Positions 28,176 through 37,734 of a stretch of 64,000 nt of DNA are shown one piece after another. Source of the stretch: Candidatus Brockarchaeota archaeon (GTDB lineage: Archaea; Thermoproteota; EX4484-205; JAAOZP01). The notes under the pieces were generated by a model that was given only the letters and a program-made list of their open reading frames with translations, did not search any database and was not told the origin of the DNA. The position numbers were made by a program, and so were the translations under genes. Every line of letters begins with the position of its first letter. Positions within the stretch are counted from its first letter, which is position 1. The stretch spans positions 68,507 to 132,506 of the forward strand of contig JAFNIX010000004.1 of NCBI GenBank assembly GCA_017601225.1, in the 5' to 3' direction.

Positions 28176-28665
28176 AGACTTCCTGAGCAAGACATGGATT
28201 GTAGATCCAAGTAAGATAAGGATACTTAAGGGCGAGAAGCCCAGTACAGTGAAGATTGTGGGAAGTAATGGGGAAATTCTTGAGGTCATTCCTAAGAAGC
28301 CCTTCCCCATAAGCAATCCTTATTTCCTGATATTTACGGATTTTCATGGAAACGAAGTATGCATAATTGAAGACTACAGGAAGACGGATGACGAGTCGAG
28401 GAAAAACCTTGAAGAAACCCTAGGAAAACTCTATTTTATGCCAAGAATTAGAAGCGTGAGAAAGCTGGAGACTAGTGGAGACGAGTTCATATGGCATGTG
28501 GAGACGGATAGAGGGTTGAAGGAGTTCAGAACAAGGGGGAGGAGGAGTGTTAGTAGATCAGGGGAGAAGATCGTGATCATCGATACTAATGATAATGTTT
28601 ACATAGTTGAGGATATTAGTAGAGTTGATGAACGGAGCAGGGTGCTTCTTGAGGCAGTGACTTAA
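28117..28665 (+). CDS. DUF1854-like protein (ABC-exporter-associated)
   Basis: PKKPFPISNPYFLIFTDFHGNEVCIIEDYRKTDDESRKNLEETL..YFMPRIRSVRKL......WHVETDRGLKEFRTRG matches my memory of the DUF1854 pattern. The ORF overlaps the upstream ABC gene by 59 nt; the true start is probably TTG 28162 or 28168. Confidence 0.55.
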   Translation: MLKYIKHSLRRLRNKLPLLEDFLSKTWIVDPSKIRILKGEKPSTVKIVGSNGEILEVIPKKPFPISNPYFLIFTDFHGNEVCIIEDYRKTDDESRKNLEETLGKLYFMPRIRSVRKLETSGDEFIWHVETDRGLKEFRTRGRRSVSRSGEKIVIIDTNDNVYIVEDISRVDERSRVLLEAVT

Positions 28666-28783
28666 ACCCTTTAAAACCCTCGTCCAATGGCTCACATTCT
28701 AATCAAAACATATTAAGTTTAGAGTGAATACAAAATATATCTTCAGCAACTTTTAAATAGTGTTGCGGGAAGTGGTTTCAAAA

Positions 28784-30532
28784 ATGCCAAGCAGTAATAA
28801 ACACCCCTTCCTGAGGATTCTAGGATACGTTAAGCAGGAAAAAACCCTGCTACCATTAACATTAATCATGATCATTCTGGGAGCCTTGGTGAACATAGTT
28901 AGTCCAATCATCGCGGGGAGAGTTATCGACATAACAATCGTGAAAGCATTGTCAGAACTATGGTTTTATGCGGCGGCAATAATGATCCTAACGCTTTTAG
29001 CAGGAGGGATATCGTTTCTAAATGAGTATTTAAGCGAATCCTTGGCACAGAAAATAGTCTACAGGATTAGAATAAGCATTTACCGCCATCTTCAGGATTT
29101 ATCGTACAGCTTCTACGACAGGGTTGACTCCGGCCAGATTATAACGAGGGTGACTAGGGACACGGAGAACATAGGTAGACTACTCGGTTTCGCGCTTCCA
29201 AACATTATAGGCTCTGTAGCAATTCTGATAATAGTTGTTGCAATCCTTTTAACAACCAACTTTAGCCTAGCCTTAATAGCACTGGCAATAACACCTTTCA
29301 TAGGTATTGTTTCCCTATCTTTCAACCGCTTTGTAAGACCCCTGTTCGAAAGGATTTGGATGGAGACAAGCGGGATGAGCGCGATGATTCAGGAGACCGT
29401 TTCAGGCTTTAAGGTTTTGAAGACTCTTGGCGCCGAAGAAGAGATGTTTAAAAGGTTTGAGGCGAAAAACAGGGAGATATACAGCATAGGCATGAGAAGC
29501 GTCTTCCTTAGCTCGTTAACATGGCCTTCGCTCGGGTTAATAATCGGAGTCGGCTCGGCAATCGTATACTGGTATGGCGGCTTCCAGGCTATTAGGGGAG
29601 AGATCAGCCTGGGGCAACTCGTCACCTTCACGATGTACCTTGGCATGCTCATCTGGCCGATAATGTCGATAGGGTTCGTATTGTCAAGATATGCGGAGGC
29701 AATGGTGTCAGCGCGAAGAATATTCGAAGTCCTAGATACTGAGCCCGAGGTTAAGGAGAAGCCTGGTGCCATAGAGCTGAAAAACGTTAGGGGAGAAGTA
29801 TGTTTTAAGGATGTGGTGTTCGGCTACGATATGGATAAGCCGATACTTAAAGGGATGAGTTTTACGGTGAAGCCTGGGGAGAAAGTGGCTTTAGTGGGAG
29901 CAACCGGCTCTGGGAAAAGCACTGTGATCAAGCTAATACCGAGGTTTTATGACCCTCAGGAGGGCTGCATCCTGATAGATGGCGTGGATATTAGAGACGT
30001 AAAGATAAGCTCGCTTAGGAGAAACATAGGCATAGTTCATCAAGACGTTTTTCTATTCCCCACAACTATAAGGGAGAATATTGCTTACGGTAAGCCTAAC
30101 GCTACGCAGGAGGAAATAGAGAGGGCAGCTAAGGCGGCGAGAATACATGACTTCATAACTAGTCTTCCGAAAGGGTATGATACAGTTATAGGCGAGAGAG
30201 GGGTTACTCTTTCAGGTGGACAGAGACAGAGGCTGGCTATTGCCCGAGCCCTCCTCGTAAACCCCGCAATACTGATTCTGGACGATTCGACTTCAAGCGT
30301 GGATGCTGAAACAGAGAAGGAAATATATGAATCCTTGAGGGAACTTGTTAAGAACAAGACTGTCTTTATAGTCACACAGAGGCTTTCAACGCTTAAACTT
30401 AGTGAAAGAATAATTGTTATTGAAGACGGCAAGGTGGTTGAGGATGGGACGCATGAGGAACTCATGAGTAGAGGAGGAGTCTATGCTAAATTGTATGTTT
30501 CACAGTATGCTTTTCAGGAGGTGAAGCCGTAG
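28784..30532 (+). CDS. ABC exporter half-transporter (TMD-NBD)
   Basis: GATGSGKST, LSGGQRQRLA, ILILDDSTS. The ORF opens at GTG 28760; ATG 28784 is preferred. Confidence 0.85.
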   Translation: MPSSNKHPFLRILGYVKQEKTLLPLTLIMIILGALVNIVSPIIAGRVIDITIVKALSELWFYAAAIMILTLLAGGISFLNEYLSESLAQKIVYRIRISIYRHLQDLSYSFYDRVDSGQIITRVTRDTENIGRLLGFALPNIIGSVAILIIVVAILLTTNFSLALIALAITPFIGIVSLSFNRFVRPLFERIWMETSGMSAMIQETVSGFKVLKTLGAEEEMFKRFEAKNREIYSIGMRSVFLSSLTWPSLGLIIGVGSAIVYWYGGFQAIRGEISLGQLVTFTMYLGMLIWPIMSIGFVLSRYAEAMVSARRIFEVLDTEPEVKEKPGAIELKNVRGEVCFKDVVFGYDMDKPILKGMSFTVKPGEKVALVGATGSGKSTVIKLIPRFYDPQEGCILIDGVDIRDVKISSLRRNIGIVHQDVFLFPTTIRENIAYGKPNATQEEIERAAKAARIHDFITSLPKGYDTVIGERGVTLSGGQRQRLAIARALLVNPAILILDDSTSSVDAETEKEIYESLRELVKNKTVFIVTQRLSTLKLSERIIVIEDGKVVEDGTHEELMSRGGVYAKLYVSQYAFQEVKP

Positions 30533-30533
30533 G

Positions 30534-32336
30534 ATGGGGTGGCATTTCCGCCAGGCTGCTGAGGCCGAGGGGAAGCCTAGGGAAGTAGCGTCAAGAACTC
30601 TAATCGCGTGGCTCCTACGATGGTTAACCCCTATGAGGCTCCATGTAATCATTCTTGTGTTCGTAGCGCTGGCCTCAATAGGGGTCAACGTAGTAAGCCC
30701 ATACGTTACCAGGCTTCTGATAGACGAGGGCATTATGCAGGGTAATCCAGATGCCTTGGTGAAATATGTCCTAGTTCTATTGGTAATTGCTGCAGGAGGA
30801 TGGTTTTTAGGTTTCGCCAGAGGCAACTTGACTGGCAGGATAAACCAGAGGCTTCTTTACAGCATGAGAAGCACCGTTTTTAAACATATGGAGGAAATGG
30901 ATATCGCGCATGTTAACGTTGAGAGAACCGGTAAAATCATTTCGCTGATAATAAACGATATAAGTTCTATTGGAGAAGTAACAACCTCCGGAACGATAGA
31001 GGCAATGATAGGCTCGGCAACACTCCTCGGCTCACTGTACGTCATGTTCACCCTACACGTGGGGCTAAGCCTAGCAACACTCACCGTAGTACCTTTAATG
31101 CTTTTTCTCTCAAGGTATTTCGCAATTAAAACAAGACAGGCATACAGGCAAAGCAGGGAAAAGCTTAGCGAGTTGACGAGCAGTGTTGAGCAAAGCGTCT
31201 CTGGTTCAAGGGTTTCCCAATCATTCGCAGAGAGGAGAAACGTCGACATTGCTTCCTTCGACAGGCTTAGTGCTGAAACGATGAGGACAAACCTTAGGGC
31301 GAGGATAGTTTTCGCGATGATTAGGCCTTCGCTCGACGCTGTTAGAACGCTTTCCTACGTGATACTGATACTTTACGGGGGCAGCCTAGTGGTCTCGGGA
31401 GAAATCAGCATCGGCATTCTAATCGCATTCTACGGGTATGCTGAAATGTTCTACAGGCCCATAATCACTTTAACCACCTTCTACAGCACGTTGCAGGCTG
31501 CCTTGGCGGCGGCAGAAAGAGTCTATCTTTTCCTACAGGTGAAGCCCAGTGTTGTAGAGTCTAAAGAAGCGAGATGGATCGAGATAAAAACCGGTAAAAT
31601 AGAGTTGAAGAATGTTCATTTCGACTACGATGGGAACACTGTTTTCCAAGGGTTGAGCTTACAAGTTAAACCGGGCGAGATAGTTGCTATAGTTGGCCCG
31701 ACAGGAGCAGGTAAAACAACTCTAACTAACCTCATACTGAGGCTTTACGACCCCAAGGCAGGCGAGGTTCTGATAGACGACCATAATGTTAAGGAATTCT
31801 CCTTTAAATCGCTCAGGAAACAGGTGGCTTTGGTGCCTCAGGAACCAGTCCTGTTTAACGGCACGATTCTGGAGAACATAAGGCTGGGCAACATGGAGGC
31901 TGCTGATGAAGACGTTAAGAGAGTGGCTTCAGAACTTGGCTTAGACGAATTGATAAGCAGGATGCCGCAGAAATATGAGACAATAGTGTCCCCCGGAGGT
32001 GGAAACCTTTCGCTTGGAGAAAGACAGCTCATAAGCTTTGCAAGAGCCATGCTTAAGGATCCGAAGATCCTCATACTGGATGAGGCGACAAGCAGCTTGG
32101 ACTCTTACACCGAGGCGCTTCTCCAGAAGGCAATGGTGAAGCTTATGAAGGGAAGAACATGCATAATAATTGCCCACAGGCTTTCCACAGTGAAGCTTGC
32201 AAATAGGATATTGTTCTTAGAGAATGGGAGGGTAATTGAGGAAGGGACTCATGAGGAACTTTTGAAGAAGGGTGGTGCGTATGCTAAGCTATACGAGCTT
32301 CAGTTCGGTGCAGCTCCTGAAATAAAAGCGAAATAA
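30534..32336 (+). CDS. ABC exporter half-transporter (TMD-NBD), probable heterodimer partner
   Basis: GPTGAGKTT, LSLGERQLIS (a degenerate-looking signature), ILILDEATS. Starts 1 nt after the upstream stop. Confidence 0.85.
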   Translation: MGWHFRQAAEAEGKPREVASRTLIAWLLRWLTPMRLHVIILVFVALASIGVNVVSPYVTRLLIDEGIMQGNPDALVKYVLVLLVIAAGGWFLGFARGNLTGRINQRLLYSMRSTVFKHMEEMDIAHVNVERTGKIISLIINDISSIGEVTTSGTIEAMIGSATLLGSLYVMFTLHVGLSLATLTVVPLMLFLSRYFAIKTRQAYRQSREKLSELTSSVEQSVSGSRVSQSFAERRNVDIASFDRLSAETMRTNLRARIVFAMIRPSLDAVRTLSYVILILYGGSLVVSGEISIGILIAFYGYAEMFYRPIITLTTFYSTLQAALAAAERVYLFLQVKPSVVESKEARWIEIKTGKIELKNVHFDYDGNTVFQGLSLQVKPGEIVAIVGPTGAGKTTLTNLILRLYDPKAGEVLIDDHNVKEFSFKSLRKQVALVPQEPVLFNGTILENIRLGNMEAADEDVKRVASELGLDELISRMPQKYETIVSPGGGNLSLGERQLISFARAMLKDPKILILDEATSSLDSYTEALLQKAMVKLMKGRTCIIIAHRLSTVKLANRILFLENGRVIEEGTHEELLKKGGAYAKLYELQFGAAPEIKAK

Positions 32337-32424
32337 CCAAGCTCTCCTTTAAGCTTTTAAAAATCTTTAAAAACTGAAGAAGAATTTACCGTATGAAGCA
32401 TTTTTCACACCGCTCCGTTTACGC

Positions 32425-33540
32425 TCACAGCAAGTTTTCCGCCTCAACCACCAGCTTTTTAGCTTCTGCTTCGCTAATACAGAAAGTCTGGATTAATACT
32501 TTCTTAGAGCCAAGCATCTTAAGCATCGGAATCACCTTTTCCCTAGGCATGTATAACACAAGAAGTTTCCCGGCTTCCAAGATCTTGTTGTAAAGAGGTA
32601 TCCATTTTGGCGATCCACAGTCGTTTCCCTGCAGCTCTTCTCCAGCACCCGGTACCCACTGGATGCCGTCCAGCCTCTCAACCTTAAGCAGCGAGTTTAA
32701 ATGCGGTATTTCCCCCGGCCCGTCGAGATGATATATTGTCCGGTCAAGCCTTTCACACTGCTCTTTAACGTGAGGCAACACAAACTCGTCGAAAAGCTTC
32801 GGAGAAAGCATGAAGGCGAAATCGCACTGAATGGGATACCATCTTTCAGGACACCATATGCCCATCCAGGCGGAAGTACCCTCTATTCTCCTTCTTATAA
32901 TCTTATCCAACTCGTCATAGCACATATGCCAGTAGTCCATGATTTTTGAAGACAAGTATTTAACGTCCTGAGGATTCCTAGCAAGGTCGACAACCAAGTT
33001 TTTAGGGCCTCGCAACGATGCTGCGACGTCTAGTATTCCGCCCAGATCAGTCATGCCGACAATGCCGTATCCCGCCAAGGTTTCAGAAGCAGCTTCAGTT
33101 ATTCTTTTCGTAAACATCCACCATTCATTACTGGGGTCAAACTCTAAGCGCCGCAACTCCTCCCAGCTTTTCCCAAGCGCATTATTTCTTTGCGCTCCAA
33201 ACCATACTGTTTCACTCTCCAGAACTGGTTCTGCACCCAAGTATGCTCCGAGGACACCGGCACCCAAGTTTACCCAAAGGTTCGGATAGGCTTCTCCACC
33301 ATAATATGTTTCCGCGCACTGCCTCCGAAAACCCTTTATGTTTCTATCTATAGCGGCAGGATTCTTAATTGCTCTTGGAAAACCCCAGTGATCATAGTTG
33401 AACTTCAAATCCTCTTCTGAAACATACTTTGGGCTGCTTCGAGGCGCGTAAACTTGTATAAGTGGTCTGTCTAATGCATCTTTCTCCCACCAGGCTGATA
33501 GCCGCTCCTTAGCCTCGGCCCAATCCTCTTTAAAGAACAT
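32425..33540 (-). CDS. URO-D / MtaA-like family protein (tentative methylcorrinoid methyltransferase)
   Basis: QCDFAFMLSPKLFDEFVLPHVKE and IYHLDGPG..HL......LDGIQW resemble the uroporphyrinogen-decarboxylase fold. The ORF opens at 33612; ATG 33540 (MFFKEDW) lies about 27 nt after a TTTTATTTG box. Confidence 0.45.
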   Translation of the reverse strand: MFFKEDWAEAKERLSAWWEKDALDRPLIQVYAPRSSPKYVSEEDLKFNYDHWGFPRAIKNPAAIDRNIKGFRRQCAETYYGGEAYPNLWVNLGAGVLGAYLGAEPVLESETVWFGAQRNNALGKSWEELRRLEFDPSNEWWMFTKRITEAASETLAGYGIVGMTDLGGILDVAASLRGPKNLVVDLARNPQDVKYLSSKIMDYWHMCYDELDKIIRRRIEGTSAWMGIWCPERWYPIQCDFAFMLSPKLFDEFVLPHVKEQCERLDRTIYHLDGPGEIPHLNSLLKVERLDGIQWVPGAGEELQGNDCGSPKWIPLYNKILEAGKLLVLYMPREKVIPMLKMLGSKKVLIQTFCISEAEAKKLVVEAENLL

Positions 33541-33650
33541 GAAGGCTGGTTTAAAGTAATCAAATAAAAGTTTTTCGCTGAACAAGATAGTCGCACTATT
33601 AAGGCTAAACATTTTTTAAAGTTTATTTACTATTTATTGGAGCTGCACAC

Positions 33651-35498
33651 ATGCCCCTGGTAACTGTTCAACCCGAAGGTGTTAGAGTTCAGGCTCCCTA
33701 TGGGGCAAATCTATTAGCTGTGCTTAAAGAAGCAGGTGTTAACATTGAAAGCGTTTGCGGAGGGCGTGGAGTTTGTAAAAAATGCGTCGTCGAAGTTGTC
33801 AGCGGCGGGTTGACTGAGCCAACCTCGATGGAAGCAGAGGTAAGAAGCCTTTCGGAATCGTTCAGACTAGCCTGCCAGGCGCGAATCATTGGTGATATCA
33901 CTCTCAAGGTTCCTCAAACCTCTAGACAAACCAGGGGGAAGATACTGGAATGGGGGCGTGTTAAAGATTTCGGGTTTTACCCTGCAACAAGAAGCGTGAA
34001 CATTAAGATAGATGCCCCATCGCTCACCGACCAGAGGTCCGATGCTGAACGCCTCCTGCAAGCATTGAATGCGAAATCTATTGACAGGCTGCTCCTTAAG
34101 AAGCTGCCCGGTAAACTGCGTGAATTAAAATGGTACTTGGAGGCGATTCTGCATGAGGATGAAATCCTGGATGTTAGACCGCAGCGTGACCAGGACCTTT
34201 ACGGTGTTGCTGTAGACGTGGGCACCACCACGGTTGTCGCCTACCTGGTCAGCCTGAAAACCGGGCGAATCGTCTCCGTAAAATCGGATTACAATGGTCA
34301 GATAGCTTATGGTGACGACGTGATATCTAGGATAACCTACGCTGTGAAAGGAGGCAAGAACCTAGAGGAGCTTCAAAGCAAAATAGTGGCGACGATAAAC
34401 AAATTGATTCAGGATGCGGCTGATGAAGCTAAATGCTCTCCCTTCGACGTTTACGAATTATCCTTCGCTGGAAACACAGTTATGACTAGTCTCCTATATG
34501 GAGCGGAGGTTTCGGCGATAGCAGCAGCCCCCTATGTGCCACCTTTCAGGTCCAGCCTATGCTTCAAGGCTAGAGAAATAGGTCTTAGAGTTAATGATTC
34601 TGCGATTGGTTACACTTTTCCGTTAATCAGCGGCTATGTTGGGGGAGACGTGGTTGCGGACATACTTGTTTCAGGAATGCACGAGCAGGATGAGAAATCC
34701 CTCCTCATAGACCTTGGAACCAACGGTGAAGTCGTCTTGAAAGCGGGGGATCTGATGCTCGCGTCCTCCACAGCTGCGGGACCAGCTATTGAAGGAGCCG
34801 GGCTTTCAAACGGAATGAGAGGGATGGATGGTGCGATAGAATCGGTTTCGATTAACGTGGAGAACTTCGACGTTTACTATAAGACGATAGGCGACACGGA
34901 TCCGAGAGGAATATGTGGCTCCGGAGTTGTTGACGCAGTAGCATGGATGCTTATAGCCGGAGTTTTAGACCAGAAGGGAAGGATTGTTGACTTAAATATT
35001 CCGAGGATTGTGAATACGGGTGGAGATAAGGCCTTCGTGTTAGCGGTTAATAAGGAGGGTCGAAGAATCTGCATAACGCAGACAGACATCAGGAGTTTTC
35101 AACTTGCTAAGGCAGCCATATTTACTGCATGCCTACTACTTCTAAGGATTGGAGGGGTAAGTTTGAGCGAGATATCTAAAGTATACATTGCAGGAGCCTT
35201 TGGAAACTATATTGATCCAAGGTCTGCAATGATAGTTGGCATGATCCCTGAGCTTCCTTTAAGCAAAATTGTACAGATAGGAAATGGTTCAGGCCAAGGT
35301 GCAGTAATGAGCCTTCTTTCCAGAAAAGCGAGGGAAGAGGCTGAAATCGTGGCTAGGAAAGTGAGGGCTATCGATTTAAATACGCTCCGCGAGTTTCAAA
35401 GCGAATTCATTGATGCAACACTATTCCCCCATAAGAAAACGGGCATGTTTCCGAGAGTGATGAAGGCTATAAGTATGAAGACTCCTTTGCTGGATTAA
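33651..35498 (+). CDS. Corrinoid reductive activase (RACo/AcsV-like: 2Fe-2S ferredoxin plus ASKHA ATPase)
   Basis: N-terminal CGGRGVCKKC...LACQ plant-type ferredoxin motif. The rest is actin-like ATPase (VAVDVGTTT, LIDLGTNGE, GICGSG). 615 aa. Confidence 0.75.
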   Translation: MPLVTVQPEGVRVQAPYGANLLAVLKEAGVNIESVCGGRGVCKKCVVEVVSGGLTEPTSMEAEVRSLSESFRLACQARIIGDITLKVPQTSRQTRGKILEWGRVKDFGFYPATRSVNIKIDAPSLTDQRSDAERLLQALNAKSIDRLLLKKLPGKLRELKWYLEAILHEDEILDVRPQRDQDLYGVAVDVGTTTVVAYLVSLKTGRIVSVKSDYNGQIAYGDDVISRITYAVKGGKNLEELQSKIVATINKLIQDAADEAKCSPFDVYELSFAGNTVMTSLLYGAEVSAIAAAPYVPPFRSSLCFKAREIGLRVNDSAIGYTFPLISGYVGGDVVADILVSGMHEQDEKSLLIDLGTNGEVVLKAGDLMLASSTAAGPAIEGAGLSNGMRGMDGAIESVSINVENFDVYYKTIGDTDPRGICGSGVVDAVAWMLIAGVLDQKGRIVDLNIPRIVNTGGDKAFVLAVNKEGRRICITQTDIRSFQLAKAAIFTACLLLLRIGGVSLSEISKVYIAGAFGNYIDPRSAMIVGMIPELPLSKIVQIGNGSGQGAVMSLLSRKAREEAEIVARKVRAIDLNTLREFQSEFIDATLFPHKKTGMFPRVMKAISMKTPLLD

Positions 35499-36862
35499 GG
35501 CCAATAATCCTTTTCTCTGAAGGTTGGCACCTTCTCAGTAAAAGTCCTACACATCTGTTCTCTGAACGTTTCCATTTCATCCGGAAGAGAATTAATAATC
35601 CTCTTAACGCGAGATAGGAAACGGGCCTCGGGAGGGTTTATTTTTAGGAATGACGAAGCCTCAAGAAGCTCAACCGTTTTTCTGCATGCAGAAACGACTC
35701 TTCTATAGTAATCACCATGCTCGGAGACTATAGCGTTTGCAATCTCGATAGCTACATCTGGAGAGAGAACCAGCGCTTGAGGGTCGCCAAACTTATCCGA
35801 TAGGACAAACATATCTCTGAGCTCCAAAGCTTTACCAAGCATTATTGCTTCATTCATCAGCTTGCAATCGTAATATAGTATTTCTAGGAAAACCTGTGGC
35901 GCTGATCCTCCGAAAAGCCTTATGTTTTCAACCTGCTCGTTTGACCATAGATCGCAGCATGCGGAAGCAATATTCCCTACCAGACTGGAATGCGCGCAAG
36001 CACTGCTTTTTCCCTCCATCGACATTGGGACCCCAGTTACTGCTTTCAGAATCACGTTTTCATAGCCGCAGTCCTTCCCCGGGCCTGTTGCCCCTTGTTC
36101 ATAGGCAACTAGAGATCTGGCTGCCGACATGGCTCTCACTATTGCGGCAAGTGTGTGAGGCAGAGACATTGATTTAACACCGCCTGCAAGCTTCATCGCT
36201 GTGTTTGCGATAGCGCAAGCAGTATCCCCGCCCGCTATACAACCGTTTCTCCTTGCAACCTTAACGATATCATTCCAAAGAAAGCCCATGTCTAAAGATG
36301 CTAATAGGATTGAAAAGACTATTCCTTCAATATCCTGTCTAATTATGCTGTGGTTAAAAATGTCTTTACCTCCTTCTGATTCTATCGACAGAACGTCTGC
36401 ACCATTGGAAGAAACAGCGTCAAAAGTGTCCATCATGAGATTATAGTTTGCGGTTGTTCTTAAGCCTTCTCGGAAATCCCTTATGTCGGCAACCGTAACC
36501 CTGAACCCCAGTTTTATACCATGTTCGTCGAAATATTTTTCCATCAACGCTTTTTGAAGACTTGCTATTTCAGCAGCAAGCATAGGGTTCTTAGTTTCCA
36601 TGAATGTCAGCTCAGTCTCTATTTGAAGAGATGGAATGCCGAGTTCAACAGCCCTTTCAAGTATCTCTCTCGTTATAGTTTGAACCTCAGTTTTAAACCC
36701 GATGGGATTATTACCTGAAAAAACCCTTGGGAAAAATTTCACTTCTGGAATTACCTCTCCTTTTCCAACATTAAGCCCGAGACCATAATTCAAAGGATGT
36801 TTAGCCGACCCGAATATTAATTCGGAAGGCTTTTCTATCTCTAATTTACTGAATAAAACCAT
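35495..36862 (-). CDS. mtaB: MtaB-family methanol(-like substrate):corrinoid methyltransferase
   Basis: 455 aa. The N-terminal third (FGSAKHPLNYGLGLNVGKGEVIPEVKF...LQIETELTF...EKYFDEHGIKLGFRVTVADIRDF) parallels methanogen MtaB as I remember it. It lies directly upstream of a corrinoid protein gene. Confidence 0.6.
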   Translation of the reverse strand: MVLFSKLEIEKPSELIFGSAKHPLNYGLGLNVGKGEVIPEVKFFPRVFSGNNPIGFKTEVQTITREILERAVELGIPSLQIETELTFMETKNPMLAAEIASLQKALMEKYFDEHGIKLGFRVTVADIRDFREGLRTTANYNLMMDTFDAVSSNGADVLSIESEGGKDIFNHSIIRQDIEGIVFSILLASLDMGFLWNDIVKVARRNGCIAGGDTACAIANTAMKLAGGVKSMSLPHTLAAIVRAMSAARSLVAYEQGATGPGKDCGYENVILKAVTGVPMSMEGKSSACAHSSLVGNIASACCDLWSNEQVENIRLFGGSAPQVFLEILYYDCKLMNEAIMLGKALELRDMFVLSDKFGDPQALVLSPDVAIEIANAIVSEHGDYYRRVVSACRKTVELLEASSFLKINPPEARFLSRVKRIINSLPDEMETFREQMCRTFTEKVPTFREKDYWP

Positions 36863-36896
36863 TACGCTTGCCCTCTGATTTAACAGCCCTTATTTT

Positions 36897-37544
36897 TTAC
36901 TTCTTGCCTACCCAAGCCTTGCAAATATCTACCCCGACTACAGCATCCTTACCATAACCGTCGGCACCTATCCTCTTAGCATACTCCTCTGTTATCGGAG
37001 CCCCGCCTATTATTACTTTAACCTTTTCCCGTACGCCAGCTTTCTCAAGCTCTTTTATCACGTTCTCCATTTCGACCATCGTAACAGTGAGGAGTGCCGA
37101 CATACCCACAATGTCAGGCTTATGGTTCTTCACAGCCTCTACAAAAGCTTCAGCCGGAACATCGTTACCAAGATCTATGACTTCAAACCCGGCTGCTTCA
37201 AGCATCATTCCGAAAATATTCTTACCGATATCGTGAAGATCACCCTTAACGGTTCCTATTACAACCTTGCCTATCTTCTTAATTTCCGAGCCCTTCATGT
37301 AGGGCTGCAACATTTGGGATATTTCCTTGCCTATTTCACCCGCAACAATCAGCTCTGACAGAAAGTATTCCGATGCCTCGAACTTTCTCCCAACCTCCTC
37401 CATGGCGGAGCTTATTGCTTTAGTAATGATCTCGTTAGGCGGTATCCCTTTCGCAACAGCCTCCTGTGCTAGACGCTTAGAGCCGTCGAAATCCAGGTTA
37501 ACTATAGCATCTTTAAGTCTCGTAAGTAGACCTACCTCGGACAT
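36897..37544 (-). CDS. mtaC: Cobalamin-binding corrinoid protein (MtaC-like)
   Basis: GDLHDIGKNI (DxHxxG), MSALLTVTM (SxL) and VIIGGAPI (GG) B12-binding motifs after a helical cap domain. 215 aa. Confidence 0.85.
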   Translation of the reverse strand: MSEVGLLTRLKDAIVNLDFDGSKRLAQEAVAKGIPPNEIITKAISSAMEEVGRKFEASEYFLSELIVAGEIGKEISQMLQPYMKGSEIKKIGKVVIGTVKGDLHDIGKNIFGMMLEAAGFEVIDLGNDVPAEAFVEAVKNHKPDIVGMSALLTVTMVEMENVIKELEKAGVREKVKVIIGGAPITEEYAKRIGADGYGKDAVVGVDICKAWVGKK

Positions 37545-37734
37545 GTTTCTTCAAGGCTGGCATAGGCTTCTTCTTGATAAATCTTTCGCTTAGAGAACCT
37601 AACGTTTCCAAGCTCGCCGAGAAGCTGGCTCAAGCCCTATGAGGTTTCAGATGGAGGGTTAACGGAAAGTTTTGCAATCTTTGAAAATGTAAGATTTTTA
37701 TACTTGTTTTAAGCCCCCTCAACGGTGCGGTAGA

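Noticed and set aside
35495-35498. The 4-nt convergent overlap (TTAA) of the activase and MtaB-like genes as a regulatory feature
   Set aside because: The palindromic TTAA simply supplies TAA stops on both strands. This is common in compact genomes and not evidence of regulation.
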